Shown one piece after another: positions 47,907 through 57,509 of a stretch of 64,000 bases of DNA. Source of the DNA: Alphaproteobacteria bacterium (lineage in GTDB: Bacteria > Pseudomonadota > Alphaproteobacteria > SP197); NCBI GenBank assembly GCA_964291415.2, contig OZ219918.1, forward strand, positions 384,001 through 448,000, in the 5' to 3' direction. Position 1 is the stretch's first letter, and each line of letters opens with the position of its first letter. The position numbers were made by a program, and so were the translations under genes. Below the pieces are notes generated by a model. It had not been told where the DNA came from. It did not search any database and worked only from the letters and a program-made list of their open reading frames with translations.

Positions 47907-49160
47907 TCAGCAGTGACGCCGGCGGGCGAGATACCAGGCAAAGCAGGCGAGCTGGACCAGGACCCAGCCGCCGAAGGCCGCAAGGTAGCCTGAAGGCGCA
48001 TAGCCGCCTTCGGGCGCCGGGAAGAGATTGAGGACGAGGCCGACAAGGATCTGGAGAACGCCGCCGAGGGCGAATGTGTAGAGGGCGAGCGTGGTGTTGA
48101 CCCTGCCGGCCATGGCCGGCGGGAACCTCTGGGTCATGTCCGCATAATAGATGATGACCGCGCCCCCGGTCGCGGAGAACGCTGCCGTCAGCACCCATGC
48201 AGGCAGACTGCTGCCCAGTGCCAGCATCGCCTGCACGACAATGAACACCAACGTGACCGGAGCAGCGACGAGGGAGATCGGGATCCCGATCCGGCTCAGC
48301 CGTTCGGCGAGCCAGCCGAGGAAGGCATACCCGGCGATCATGGCCAGGCCGCCGACGAAGAGGGCGTCGGCCGCATCCCCGGCGTCAAGGCCCGCCATGT
48401 CGCGCAGCCACGGTCCGAACCACAGCGCCTGGGTCGACAGCCACGCCGCCTGGGTCGTCATCACCAGCGGCGCGACAGCCCGGAAAGCCGGCGAACGCTG
48501 GATGAGCCGGAGTCCCTTCAACTGGTCGATCAGTGTCACCGGAGTTCCCGCCACCCGCCGCTCCGGCACGACGATGTGGATGACTGCCGCCACCAGAAGG
48601 GTGACCGCGGCCAGGGCGAGGAACATGTGCCGCCAGCCGATGAGATCGATCATGGCGTGAACCGGAGCGGATGCGGCCATGGCTCCAGCCCCGCCCGCGG
48701 CCAGGACCAGGCCGTTGACCAGAGGCAGCTTTTGCCCTGGAAACCACAGTGCAAACATCTTCATGGCGGCCAGAAGGCCCCCGGCCATGCCGAGGCCGAT
48801 GATGGCGCGCGCCAGGGTGAGGACGGGGGTGCCGTCACCCTGGCTGAACAGGACCGCACCCGCTGCGGCAATGACAAGCAGCACCGCATGTGTGCGCCTG
48901 GGTCCGAACCTGTCGAGCGCCATGCCGAGAGGAATCTGGATGCCGGCAAAGGCGAGAAAGAAGGCACTGGTCATCAGGCCGATGGCGGCCGCATCCAGGG
49001 CCAGTTCCTCGCCGAGAACCGGTCCGAGAACGGCGTTCACGGTCCGGAAGAGATAGGAGAGGAAGTAACCCGCTGCAAAGGGAAGGAAGACGCGGCACGC
49101 CAGGAACAACAGGCCGCGGGCCGGCGCCTCGGGGACATTCATGACAAGGGGGATCGCCAT
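47907..49160 (-). CDS. MFS transporter
   Basis: About 12 TM; motif A 'GMALDRFGPRR', 'ARAIIGLG'. Confidence 0.92.
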   Translation of the reverse strand: MAIPLVMNVPEAPARGLLFLACRVFLPFAAGYFLSYLFRTVNAVLGPVLGEELALDAAAIGLMTSAFFLAFAGIQIPLGMALDRFGPRRTHAVLLVIAAAGAVLFSQGDGTPVLTLARAIIGLGMAGGLLAAMKMFALWFPGQKLPLVNGLVLAAGGAGAMAASAPVHAMIDLIGWRHMFLALAAVTLLVAAVIHIVVPERRVAGTPVTLIDQLKGLRLIQRSPAFRAVAPLVMTTQAAWLSTQALWFGPWLRDMAGLDAGDAADALFVGGLAMIAGYAFLGWLAERLSRIGIPISLVAAPVTLVFIVVQAMLALGSSLPAWVLTAAFSATGGAVIIYYADMTQRFPPAMAGRVNTTLALYTFALGGVLQILVGLVLNLFPAPEGGYAPSGYLAAFGGWVLVQLACFAWYLARRRHC

Positions 49161-49349
49161 CGCGGTATCGAGGAGATGCGGAGAATACCCGGTTGAAACG
49201 CAAACGCCACGTCTGCGACCGTGACCTGTCCCGGCAGTCTTTGGACACGGTTGCCGGCGCCCGCTACACTCCGCGCCGCGTTCCGGCCTCATGGCATGCG
49301 TCGGCAGGCCGGTTCCAGCATCGACAATCCGCTCCGGCGCCTGATTGGC

Positions 49350-50747
49350 ATGTCAGCAAAGAACAACCCCAACCCTGTCCGGGGCGGCCGCTTCCGCGAG
49401 GAGCCGTCCGCCATCATGGAGCGGATCAACGCCTCGGTGGACTTTGACCGCCATCTGGCGCCTTACGACATCGCCGGATCCAGAGCCCACGCCTCCATGC
49501 TGGCAGCCGCGGGCATCATTTCGGCCGCCGACAACGATGCCATCCAGGAGGGACTCGATCGCATCGCCCGCGAGATCGAGGACGGGTCCATGACATGGGA
49601 CCCGGCGCTGGAAGATGTCCACATGAACATCGAGTCACGTCTTGCCGACCTCATCGGCGAGCCGGCCCGGCGCCTGCACACGGCGCGTTCGCGCAACGAC
49701 CAGGTGGCGACGGACCTGCGCCTGTGGTTGCGCGAACACCTCGATCGTCTCGATGAGGCGCTCACCGGTCTCCAGGAGTCGCTAATTGGCCAGGCGGACC
49801 GACATGCGGCATCGGTCATGCCGGGCATGACACACCTGCAGCCCGCCCAGCCCGTCACCTTCGGCCATCACATGCTGGCTTATGTCGAGATGTTCGGCCG
49901 GGATAGAGGCAGGCTGAAGGACTGTCGGCGAAGAATGAACGAATCACCGTTGGGGGCTGCGGCGCTGGCCGGGACATCGTTTCCCATAGACCGGGAAGCG
50001 ACGGCCGCCTCGCTGGGCTTCGACCGGCCGGCGGCCAATTCCATGGACGCGGTGTCGGACCGGGATTTCTGCCTGGAGTTTCTCGCTGACGGCGCCATCA
50101 TCGGCGTGCACCTGTCGCGCCTCGCGGAAGAACTTGTCCTGTGGACCAGTCCGAACTTCGGATTTGTGCGCCTGCCCGACAGTCTGACCACGGGCTCGTC
50201 GATCATGCCCCAGAAACGCAATGCCGACGCCGCCGAACTGGTGCGCGGCAAGGCCGGACGCCTGACCGGCGCCCTGATGTCGCTTCTGACCGTGCTCAAG
50301 GGTCTGCCGATGACCTACGGCAAGGACATGCAGGAAGACAAGGAACCTCTCTTCGATGCCGCCGCGACGCTCATGCTGGTGATTCCGGCGACAGCGGCCA
50401 TGATACGCGGCATGACCGTCAACACGGAAGTCATGAGGGCGCGCATGGACGATGGTTTCATGACCGCAACCGATCTCGCGGACTGGCTGGTTCGCGAGAA
50501 GGGCCTTGCGTTCCGGGAAGCCCATCACACCACCGGCCGGCTCGTGGCGCTTGCCGAGGAGAAGGGGTGCGATCTGGCGTCGTTGCCGCTTGACGCGATG
50601 CGCCGGGTGGACGACCGTCTCGATGCCTCGGTACGCCGCGTTCTCACTGTCGATGCTTCGGTTGCCAGCCGTGCGAGTCCGGGCGGCACGGCGCCACAAC
50701 GGGTAGCTGAAGCGGTAGAAGAAGCCCGCAGGAGATATCTTGCATGA
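49350..50747 (+). CDS. argH: Argininosuccinate lyase
   Basis: 'GGRF', '[13 protein letters not shown]', '[10 protein letters not shown]'. Confidence 0.97.
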   Translation: MSAKNNPNPVRGGRFREEPSAIMERINASVDFDRHLAPYDIAGSRAHASMLAAAGIISAADNDAIQEGLDRIAREIEDGSMTWDPALEDVHMNIESRLADLIGEPARRLHTARSRNDQVATDLRLWLREHLDRLDEALTGLQESLIGQADRHAASVMPGMTHLQPAQPVTFGHHMLAYVEMFGRDRGRLKDCRRRMNESPLGAAALAGTSFPIDREATAASLGFDRPAANSMDAVSDRDFCLEFLADGAIIGVHLSRLAEELVLWTSPNFGFVRLPDSLTTGSSIMPQKRNADAAELVRGKAGRLTGALMSLLTVLKGLPMTYGKDMQEDKEPLFDAAATLMLVIPATAAMIRGMTVNTEVMRARMDDGFMTATDLADWLVREKGLAFREAHHTTGRLVALAEEKGCDLASLPLDAMRRVDDRLDASVRRVLTVDASVASRASPGGTAPQRVAEAVEEARRRYLA

Positions 50748-50854
50748 CCAGACGCAGCGCCCTGATGCTGGTGCTTGCAGCCCTCGCAGCCGCATGCGGA
50801 CGCAAGGGGGATCTGACACGCCCCGGCTCGGACGGGGAGTCGGGCGACAGTTGA
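50744..50854 (+). CDS. Small lipoprotein (LptM/YifL/LppL-type), 36 aa
   Basis: [24 protein letters not shown]...; 4-nt overlaps with argH and lysA; absent from the ORF track. Confidence 0.85.
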   Translation: MTRRSALMLVLAALAAACGRKGDLTRPGSDGESGDS

Positions 50855-52113
50855 ACGCCTTCACGTACCGCAACGGGCGGTTGCACGCGGAGGGCGTGGA
50901 TCTCGCGACCATTGTCCGAGAGGTTGGCACGCCCTTCTACTGTTACAGCGCGACGGCGCTGCGGGACCGCTTCCTTCGCCTCCGGGACGCGGTGGCCGGA
51001 ACCGGCACATCGGTCCTCTACGCGGTCAAGGCCAACAGCAATCTCGCGGTCGTCCATCTCCTCGGTGGCCTGGGTGCGGGGGCGGATGTCGTTTCGGCTG
51101 GCGAGATCCATCGCTGCCTGGCCGCGGGACTCGACGGCAGCACGATTGTCTTCTCTGGCGTTGGCAAGTCCCGCGACGAGATCGTCTTCGCCCTGGAGAG
51201 CGGCATCAGGCAGATCAACGTCGAGAGCGAAGGTGAATTCGAGCGCATCCTGGAGATCTGCGACAGTCTGCGCAAGGAAGCGCCCGTGGCATTCCGGTTC
51301 AATCCGGATGTCGATGCGGGTGGGCACGAGAAAATCTCCACCGGGCGGCAGACCGACAAGTTCGGCCTCCCCGCGGCCACCATCCGGCACTTGTGGTCAA
51401 GGGCCCTGGCTCACCCCCTGATCCAGCCTGTCGGACTCGCGGTTCACATTGGCTCCCAGATAAACGATATCGGACTCTACCGTACCGCCTTTGACAGGCT
51501 GCTGAACCTGGCGGGAACGCTGGATGATGTAGCCTCACTCGACCTTGGCGGCGGCCTGGGCATCGCCTACCACGACGGGGAAGAAGCGATCGACCTCGAC
51601 GGCTATGCACGTCTGCTGGCAGATATCCGCTGCCGGACGGACGCGGAACTCGCCATTGAACCTGGACGCTGGCTGGTCGCGTCTGCTGGCGTCCTTGTGA
51701 CCGGGGTAAACACGGTCAAGCAGGCCGGGTCGAAACGCATCGTCATCGTTGATGCGGCCATGAACGATCTCGTGCGGCCGACACTCTATGGTGCGCGCCA
51801 TCCGGTCTGGCCACACCGCGAAGCGGCGACACCGCTGCTCGAATCCGTGGTGGCAGGGCCGGTTTGCGAATCGGGCGACGTGCTGGCCCAGGACGTGTTG
51901 TTGCCCGGCCTCGAAGACGGTGACCTGCTGGCCATCGGTCACGCCGGTGCCTATGGCGCCGTCATGGCCTCGGGTTACAATGGACGCTTGCTGGTACCGG
52001 AGGTGATGGTGGACCAAGATCGCCATGCCGTGGTCCGCAGACGGCCAGGACATGATGAAATGATGGCGTTGGAGACAGTTCCAGGCCTGCAGAGCCATGA
52101 CACCGTCCTCTGA
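50851..52113 (+). CDS. lysA: Diaminopimelate decarboxylase
   Basis: 'YAVKANSN', 'HIGSQ', 'DLGGG', 'EPGR', 'GPVCESGD'; TTG start. Confidence 0.96.
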   Translation: MNAFTYRNGRLHAEGVDLATIVREVGTPFYCYSATALRDRFLRLRDAVAGTGTSVLYAVKANSNLAVVHLLGGLGAGADVVSAGEIHRCLAAGLDGSTIVFSGVGKSRDEIVFALESGIRQINVESEGEFERILEICDSLRKEAPVAFRFNPDVDAGGHEKISTGRQTDKFGLPAATIRHLWSRALAHPLIQPVGLAVHIGSQINDIGLYRTAFDRLLNLAGTLDDVASLDLGGGLGIAYHDGEEAIDLDGYARLLADIRCRTDAELAIEPGRWLVASAGVLVTGVNTVKQAGSKRIVIVDAAMNDLVRPTLYGARHPVWPHREAATPLLESVVAGPVCESGDVLAQDVLLPGLEDGDLLAIGHAGAYGAVMASGYNGRLLVPEVMVDQDRHAVVRRRPGHDEMMALETVPGLQSHDTVL

Positions 52114-54499
52114 CCACGGCGCGGGCTCCGCCTTCATCGCGCGGCGGCTGGTTCTGGCCCGCCTGGCGCTGGTCTGGGAGGATCTCGTCATCCGGTCCTG
52201 GCGCGCTGCGTCCCTCGTCATTCTCTTCCTGGGACTCGTCCTGCTCGGAGTCGTGTCATCGCTCCCCGGGATTCTCCACATCGCCTTTCTCGTTTTCTTC
52301 GGCGTTGCCACGCCTCTGGTCCTGTGGCGGGATTTCCGGGGATTTGCCTGGCCTGCGGAAGGGCATGTGCGACGCCGTCTCGAAACCGGCAGTGATGTGC
52401 CGCACAGACCCTTGATGGCGCTCGACGATATCTACGCGGGCGATCTCCAGGACGGGGCGAGTCAGGCGCTGTTCGAGATGCACCGGACGCGGGAAGCCAG
52501 GCGTGTTCGCCTCCTGCGGGTCGGCTGGCCACTCAGCGCGGTGGCCTCTCGCGACCGCTTCGCCCTCAGGTACCTTGCGCTGCTGGTCCTGGCCTGGGGG
52601 GTGATTGCCGGCTGGTCGCAGGCCCGGGCCAACTTCACCGCTCTGTTGCAGCCAGGGTACTCTGTGAGCGGAAGTGCTGATGCCGCCGGCGAGGCGACAT
52701 TCTGGATCACGCCTCCGGCCTACACCGACGTCGCTCCCATCTGGTTCGAGCAGAACGCAGAGGACCACCCGGTGGCAGTGCCCGTCGGCAGTGAACTGGT
52801 GGTGCAGGTCCGCGGCGGCTCCGGTACTCCGGTGCTGACCGTCGATGACTGGGCATTCGACTTCACCAACGCCGGAGAAGAGAACTGGCAGATCACCCAT
52901 GTGCTGGACAATGGCACACGGTTCTCGATCATCCAGTCCGGCATTGTGCTGGATGGGCGAACGATCACCTTCATCGCCGACGAACCGCCCCAGGTCGCCC
53001 TCACGGCGGAGCCCGCCGAGACGCTGCGGACGGGGCTGCGTCTCGATGTTGCCGCCAGCGACGACTACGGCCTCGTCGCCATCACGGGCGAGATACGCCG
53101 TCCGGGCGGTGCCGACGACGACGTGCTGCGGATATCCGTGCCGCTGGCGCAGCCGGGAATCCGCACCGTGTCGGGCCCCGCCTTCTATAACCTCATGGCG
53201 CATCCATGGGCGGGGCACGATGTGGAACTGGTTCTGATCGCCACGGACGAAATCGGCCAGAGCAGTGCGAGCGTCCGTCATGCCTTCGAGTTGCCGGAGC
53301 GCTTTTTCCATCACCCGGTGGCACGCGAGATCGCGAAGCAGCGCAAGGCCTTCGCGGTCGACCGGGACCTGGCAGACGAGACGGCCTCGGTGTTGCACCG
53401 GCTTTCACGAGAACCGGAAGCCTACCTTTCGGAGATCGATGTTCACCTGGCGCTGGTCACAGGCGCCCTGCGCCTCGATTACAGCGCCGGTCGGGAATCG
53501 ACAGCCGACGACGTGATCGGGCTGATGTGGGAAACGGCGCTTGCCATCGAAGAGGGCCCGCTGGCTTTCGCTGAGCAGCGGGTGCGCGATCTGCAGCAGC
53601 AGATTCTCAAGGCCCTCAGCGACGGCGCGCCGGATGCAGAGATCGAACGTCTGCTCGCGGAACTGCGCAACGCCATGGACGACTACATGCGCGCCCTTTC
53701 GAACAGACTGCGTTCGGATCCAGGAGAGCTGTTCGACCCCACCGAGGCGTTGAAAGCGGTCGGCAGCCGAGAACTGACCGATCTCGTGGACAGGATAACC
53801 GAACTGGTGCGCACCGGTTCGCGCCAGCAGGCCCGGACCTTGTTGACGCGTCTCCAGGAGATCATGGAAAGCATCTCCGTGGGCAATCTCAGCGATCTTT
53901 CGGGAAGTTCGTCTGCCGAAGCCGTGGAATTGATCCAGACCATCCGTCAGATCATCAGCGAGCAGCAGCAACTGCTGGACGAGAGTTTCAGGATTCTGCG
54001 CGATGTCGGAGAAGAGGATATCGACACGACGTCGCAGGCCGGACGCCAGGCTGACGTGAGGGATGTGCTCGAGAGTTTCATGGAGCGCATGGAAGAGTTC
54101 GGCTACGACGTGCCCCGCCACTACAACCGGGCCCACCGCTCGATGCGCCGCGCTGTGCGCCAACTCAACGCCAACCGTCCGGGGCATGCGGTCGACCACC
54201 AGACAGAAGCGGTCGATTTCCTCAAGGAAGGCGCCGGCGACATGATGGCACAGATTCTCGATCTCCTCGGGGAAGGCGTGGCAGGAGACTCCCAGGGATT
54301 CTTTTCCGCTCCCAGGGACCCGATTGGCCGCAGTCTCGGCAACTCAATCGGTTCCGCCACCGACGATATCAACATTCCCGACAAGGGATCCCTCATCCGC
54401 GTTCGCCAGATACTTGAGGAGTTGAAACGTCGCGCCGCCGAACAGCACAGGCCCCAGGAGGAGCAGGAGTACCTCCGCCGCCTGCTCAGGCGGTTCTGA
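52097..54499 (+). CDS. DUF4175 / TIGR02302-family membrane-anchored coiled-coil protein
   Basis: 'HRPL', 'WITPPAYT', 'DDYG', 'HPWAG', 'LPER.F.HP', 'DPIGR', 'YLRRLL'; follows lysA. Confidence 0.87.
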   Translation: MTPSSDHGAGSAFIARRLVLARLALVWEDLVIRSWRAASLVILFLGLVLLGVVSSLPGILHIAFLVFFGVATPLVLWRDFRGFAWPAEGHVRRRLETGSDVPHRPLMALDDIYAGDLQDGASQALFEMHRTREARRVRLLRVGWPLSAVASRDRFALRYLALLVLAWGVIAGWSQARANFTALLQPGYSVSGSADAAGEATFWITPPAYTDVAPIWFEQNAEDHPVAVPVGSELVVQVRGGSGTPVLTVDDWAFDFTNAGEENWQITHVLDNGTRFSIIQSGIVLDGRTITFIADEPPQVALTAEPAETLRTGLRLDVAASDDYGLVAITGEIRRPGGADDDVLRISVPLAQPGIRTVSGPAFYNLMAHPWAGHDVELVLIATDEIGQSSASVRHAFELPERFFHHPVAREIAKQRKAFAVDRDLADETASVLHRLSREPEAYLSEIDVHLALVTGALRLDYSAGRESTADDVIGLMWETALAIEEGPLAFAEQRVRDLQQQILKALSDGAPDAEIERLLAELRNAMDDYMRALSNRLRSDPGELFDPTEALKAVGSRELTDLVDRITELVRTGSRQQARTLLTRLQEIMESISVGNLSDLSGSSSAEAVELIQTIRQIISEQQQLLDESFRILRDVGEEDIDTTSQAGRQADVRDVLESFMERMEEFGYDVPRHYNRAHRSMRRAVRQLNANRPGHAVDHQTEAVDFLKEGAGDMMAQILDLLGEGVAGDSQGFFSAPRDPIGRSLGNSIGSATDDINIPDKGSLIRVRQILEELKRRAAEQHRPQEEQEYLRRLLRRF

Positions 54500-54595
54500 C
54501 ATTCCCTCCGCCCAGGGCATGCAGTCGGGTCCGGCACTGTGTTAGTGTCCTGAGGACCTTGCCTCCTCATCGGGCATGAAGCAGGGAAAGTTGAC

Positions 54596-55261
54596 GTGAT
54601 TCGGTTTGAAAACGTCGGTCTGCGCTATGGCAGCGGACCGGAAGTCCTGCACGACATCGATCTCACCCTGGAATCGGGATCCGGCCATTATCTCGTCGGA
54701 CCCACGGGCGCCGGCAAGACTTCGCTCTTGAGCCTGCTCTATCTTGGCCGGCGGCCCACCCGGGGGCTGCTGACCATGTTCGGACAGGATGTGGCAACGG
54801 CAACGCGGAGTGCCCTCACGGGCTTCCGCCGGCGCATCGGCGTCGTTTTCCAAGACTACAACCTACTCGATCATCTCTCCGCATTCGACAACGTCGCGCT
54901 GCCGCTGCGCCTGGTCGGTACGGATCCGGATATGGTGCGCGATCACGTCCACCAGCTGCTGGAATGGGTGGGCCTTGATACCATGGCCGAGGTGAAGCCG
55001 CCCTTCATGTCGGGTGGCGAAAAACAGCGGGTCGCCGTGGCGAGGGCAGTGATCGGCCAGCCGGATGTGCTGCTCGCCGATGAGCCGACAGGCAATCTCG
55101 ACGAGCCGGTGGCAGATCGCCTGATGATGCTCTTCATGGAACTCAATCGCCATGGCACGACCCTGGTGATCGCCACCCACAACACCAGACTTCCGCAGCG
55201 GTTTCCCCATCCGGTCCTCCACCTCAAGGAAGGCTTCCTGAAGGCGGGCCGTCCATGGTGA
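54596..55261 (+). CDS. ftsE: Cell-division ABC ATPase
   Basis: 'GPTGAGKT', 'RRRIGVVFQD', 'SGGEKQR', 'LLADEPTGN'. Confidence 0.93.
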   Translation: MIRFENVGLRYGSGPEVLHDIDLTLESGSGHYLVGPTGAGKTSLLSLLYLGRRPTRGLLTMFGQDVATATRSALTGFRRRIGVVFQDYNLLDHLSAFDNVALPLRLVGTDPDMVRDHVHQLLEWVGLDTMAEVKPPFMSGGEKQRVAVARAVIGQPDVLLADEPTGNLDEPVADRLMMLFMELNRHGTTLVIATHNTRLPQRFPHPVLHLKEGFLKAGRPW

Positions 55262-56142
55262 GGTGGCGACAGCGGCCGCGGGAGGTCCCGCTCGCATCGG
55301 ATCCCTCGTCCAGCTTTGTTCCGACAATCATCGGCGCCATGGTGTTCCTGTCGACCCTTGTGCTCGGGGTGTCGCTGGCCATCGAAGGAGTCGCCGACGG
55401 GTGGCAGATCACCGGTCAGCAGCATCGCGCCACCATCGAGATGTCCCGGGACAGCGCCAGCGAAGAGACGGTCGCCACCTCCATCGAGGTGCTGGCGCAG
55501 TTGCCTGGAATCACCCGGGTCCGCCTGGTCGGCGATGACGAGATTCTCGAGACCATCGAGGCGTGGACGGGTGGCAGGCCCGACCTGGATCTGTTGCCGT
55601 TGCCGGTGCTGATCGAGATCGAAGCCCTGTCGGCCGATGCCCTGAGAAGCGACATCATCGAGCAGATTCTCGAAGAGACCGCCGGCGCCGTCACGGTCTA
55701 TGTCGAACCGCAGTGGCTCCTCGCCGTGCGCAGCACCGTCGGTACCGTTCAGCTGGTGACCGCCCTGATGCTGGTCATCATCGCGCTGATCTCCGTCGTC
55801 TCGATCGTCTACGTCACGCGGACGGCTCTGTCCATACATCAGGACACGATCGAGATCATGCACCAGATCGGAGCCCAGGACAGCTATATCGCAATCCAGT
55901 TCCAGAACCAGTCCCTCCTCCTGGCGTTGATGGGAGGCATACCCGGCAACGTTCTGGCCATCATCATCATGATGATCCTGATGCGCGAATTGCCCGGCAG
56001 TGTGGAAGCTCCCCTGTTGCCGGCGGTCTCCCTCGGGACCCGCGAGTGGATCTTTCTCGGCGCGCTTCCCGTCGTCGCGGCGCTGGTGGCGATGGTGGCC
56101 GCGCGGGTGACGGTGATCACCTCACTGGGTCGCATGCCGTGA
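55255..56142 (+). CDS. ftsX: Cell-division permease
   Basis: 4-TM topology, 'IEIMHQIGA.DSYIA.QF'; follows ftsE. Confidence 0.88.
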   Translation: MVRWRQRPREVPLASDPSSSFVPTIIGAMVFLSTLVLGVSLAIEGVADGWQITGQQHRATIEMSRDSASEETVATSIEVLAQLPGITRVRLVGDDEILETIEAWTGGRPDLDLLPLPVLIEIEALSADALRSDIIEQILEETAGAVTVYVEPQWLLAVRSTVGTVQLVTALMLVIIALISVVSIVYVTRTALSIHQDTIEIMHQIGAQDSYIAIQFQNQSLLLALMGGIPGNVLAIIIMMILMRELPGSVEAPLLPAVSLGTREWIFLGALPVVAALVAMVAARVTVITSLGRMP

Positions 56143-56732
56143 GACGGAGGAGCGCATTGAAGGCGCGGCTTGTCATCGTCCTGGTGGCGATTCTGGTGGC
56201 GATATGGGTTGGCGGCCTGATGCGCTTTGTCACGCAGATCACCCCGGAAACACCGCCGGTGGCAAGCCGGAAGGCGGATGCCATCGTCGTGCTCACGGGA
56301 GGGAGGGAACGGCTGCCCGCCGGGATCGAACTGTTGCAAGAGGGAAAGGCGGATCGCCTTTTCGTCACCGGTGTTCACAGTGGCGTCGATGTTGCCGAGA
56401 TCCTCGATCTGAACAGTCAGGCGCCTACAACCCTGGCCTGCTGCATCGATCTTGGACACGATGCCCGTCATACCGTGGGCAATGTGCGCGAGACAGCGAA
56501 CTGGATGGCGGCGGGAGGGCGTACGTCCATGATCCTTGTGACCGCCAACTATCACATGCCGCGCAGTCTTGTCCTCTTCCACAGGATCATGCCGGCGATC
56601 GATGTCATTCCCTACCCGGTCGTATCAGGAGCGGTGCATCTGGATATCTGGTGGCGCCATCCTCGGACCCTGCTCCTTCTTGCCGGCGAGTACTCCAAGT
56701 ATCTCGTCAGCCTGATCTGGCCTCCCGCATGA
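56139..56732 (+). CDS. YdcF/DUF218-family protein
   Basis: 'DAIVVLTGG..R', 'T.GN..E', 'VTANYHMPRS', 'EYSKY'. Confidence 0.9.
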   Translation: MRRRSALKARLVIVLVAILVAIWVGGLMRFVTQITPETPPVASRKADAIVVLTGGRERLPAGIELLQEGKADRLFVTGVHSGVDVAEILDLNSQAPTTLACCIDLGHDARHTVGNVRETANWMAAGGRTSMILVTANYHMPRSLVLFHRIMPAIDVIPYPVVSGAVHLDIWWRHPRTLLLLAGEYSKYLVSLIWPPA

Positions 56733-57457
56733 CCGCCGTCAGATCATGCGCATTTCTCGTGGCGTCGCTTGGTGTCATGGTGTTTCTGGGTCTCGCGATG
56801 TTGCCGGCACTGCTGCTTGCGCGCCGCCTGGCCGCCCGGGTCCCTGTCTGGTTTGCCGGCGTGCAGCTCTTTCTCCTCGACGTGGTGGCCGGACTCAGGC
56901 TTGAGGTGAGGGGCAGGAACAACCTGCCCTGCGGTCCGGCACTGATTGCGGTCAAACATCAGTCGGCCCTGGAAGCCTATGCTCTCGCGCGGCTGTTTCC
57001 GGATGCCTGTTTCGTCATCAAGCAGGAAATCGTTCGTCTTCCGGTTGTCGGCTGGTTCGTTTCGGCCATGGACTGCCTGGCCATTGATCGCCGTGCCGGC
57101 CTTGCCTCGCTGCGCCGGATCATGGGTCACGCGGCAAGGGTCACCGACGAGGGCAGGTGCATCGTGATCTTTCCCGAAGGAACACGCACGGCTCCCGGCG
57201 AAAGGGTCGCCTACCAGCGTGGCGTTGCCGGACTTTATGCCGCGCTGGGTGTGCCGGTGGTTCCGGTGGCGCTCAACTGCGGGGTCTTCTGGCCGCGCCG
57301 GCAGATCAGGAAGAATCCGGGATGCGCCGTCATGGCGTTTCTCGAGGCGATTCCGCCTGCCCTGCCGCGGGAACGTTTCATGGAAGAGCTTGAATCAAGG
57401 ATAGAAAACGGAACCAGCGAGCTCATAGCCGAGGCCAGGGGACAGGGCCGGTGTTGA
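56729..57457 (+). CDS. plsC: 1-acyl-sn-glycerol-3-phosphate acyltransferase
   Basis: 'KHQSALE', 'IDR', 'IFPEGTR', 'VPVALN'. Confidence 0.9.
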   Translation: MTAVRSCAFLVASLGVMVFLGLAMLPALLLARRLAARVPVWFAGVQLFLLDVVAGLRLEVRGRNNLPCGPALIAVKHQSALEAYALARLFPDACFVIKQEIVRLPVVGWFVSAMDCLAIDRRAGLASLRRIMGHAARVTDEGRCIVIFPEGTRTAPGERVAYQRGVAGLYAALGVPVVPVALNCGVFWPRRQIRKNPGCAVMAFLEAIPPALPRERFMEELESRIENGTSELIAEARGQGRC

Positions 57458-57509
57458 GAGTACATTTCAGGAACGTTATGATGTCACGAGAGCTTGACGA
57501 GATGTCTAG

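Noticed and set aside
57458-57509. NrdR boxes or a cobalamin riboswitch before nrdJ
   Set aside because: Only a weak partial resemblance; the spacer is too short for a riboswitch
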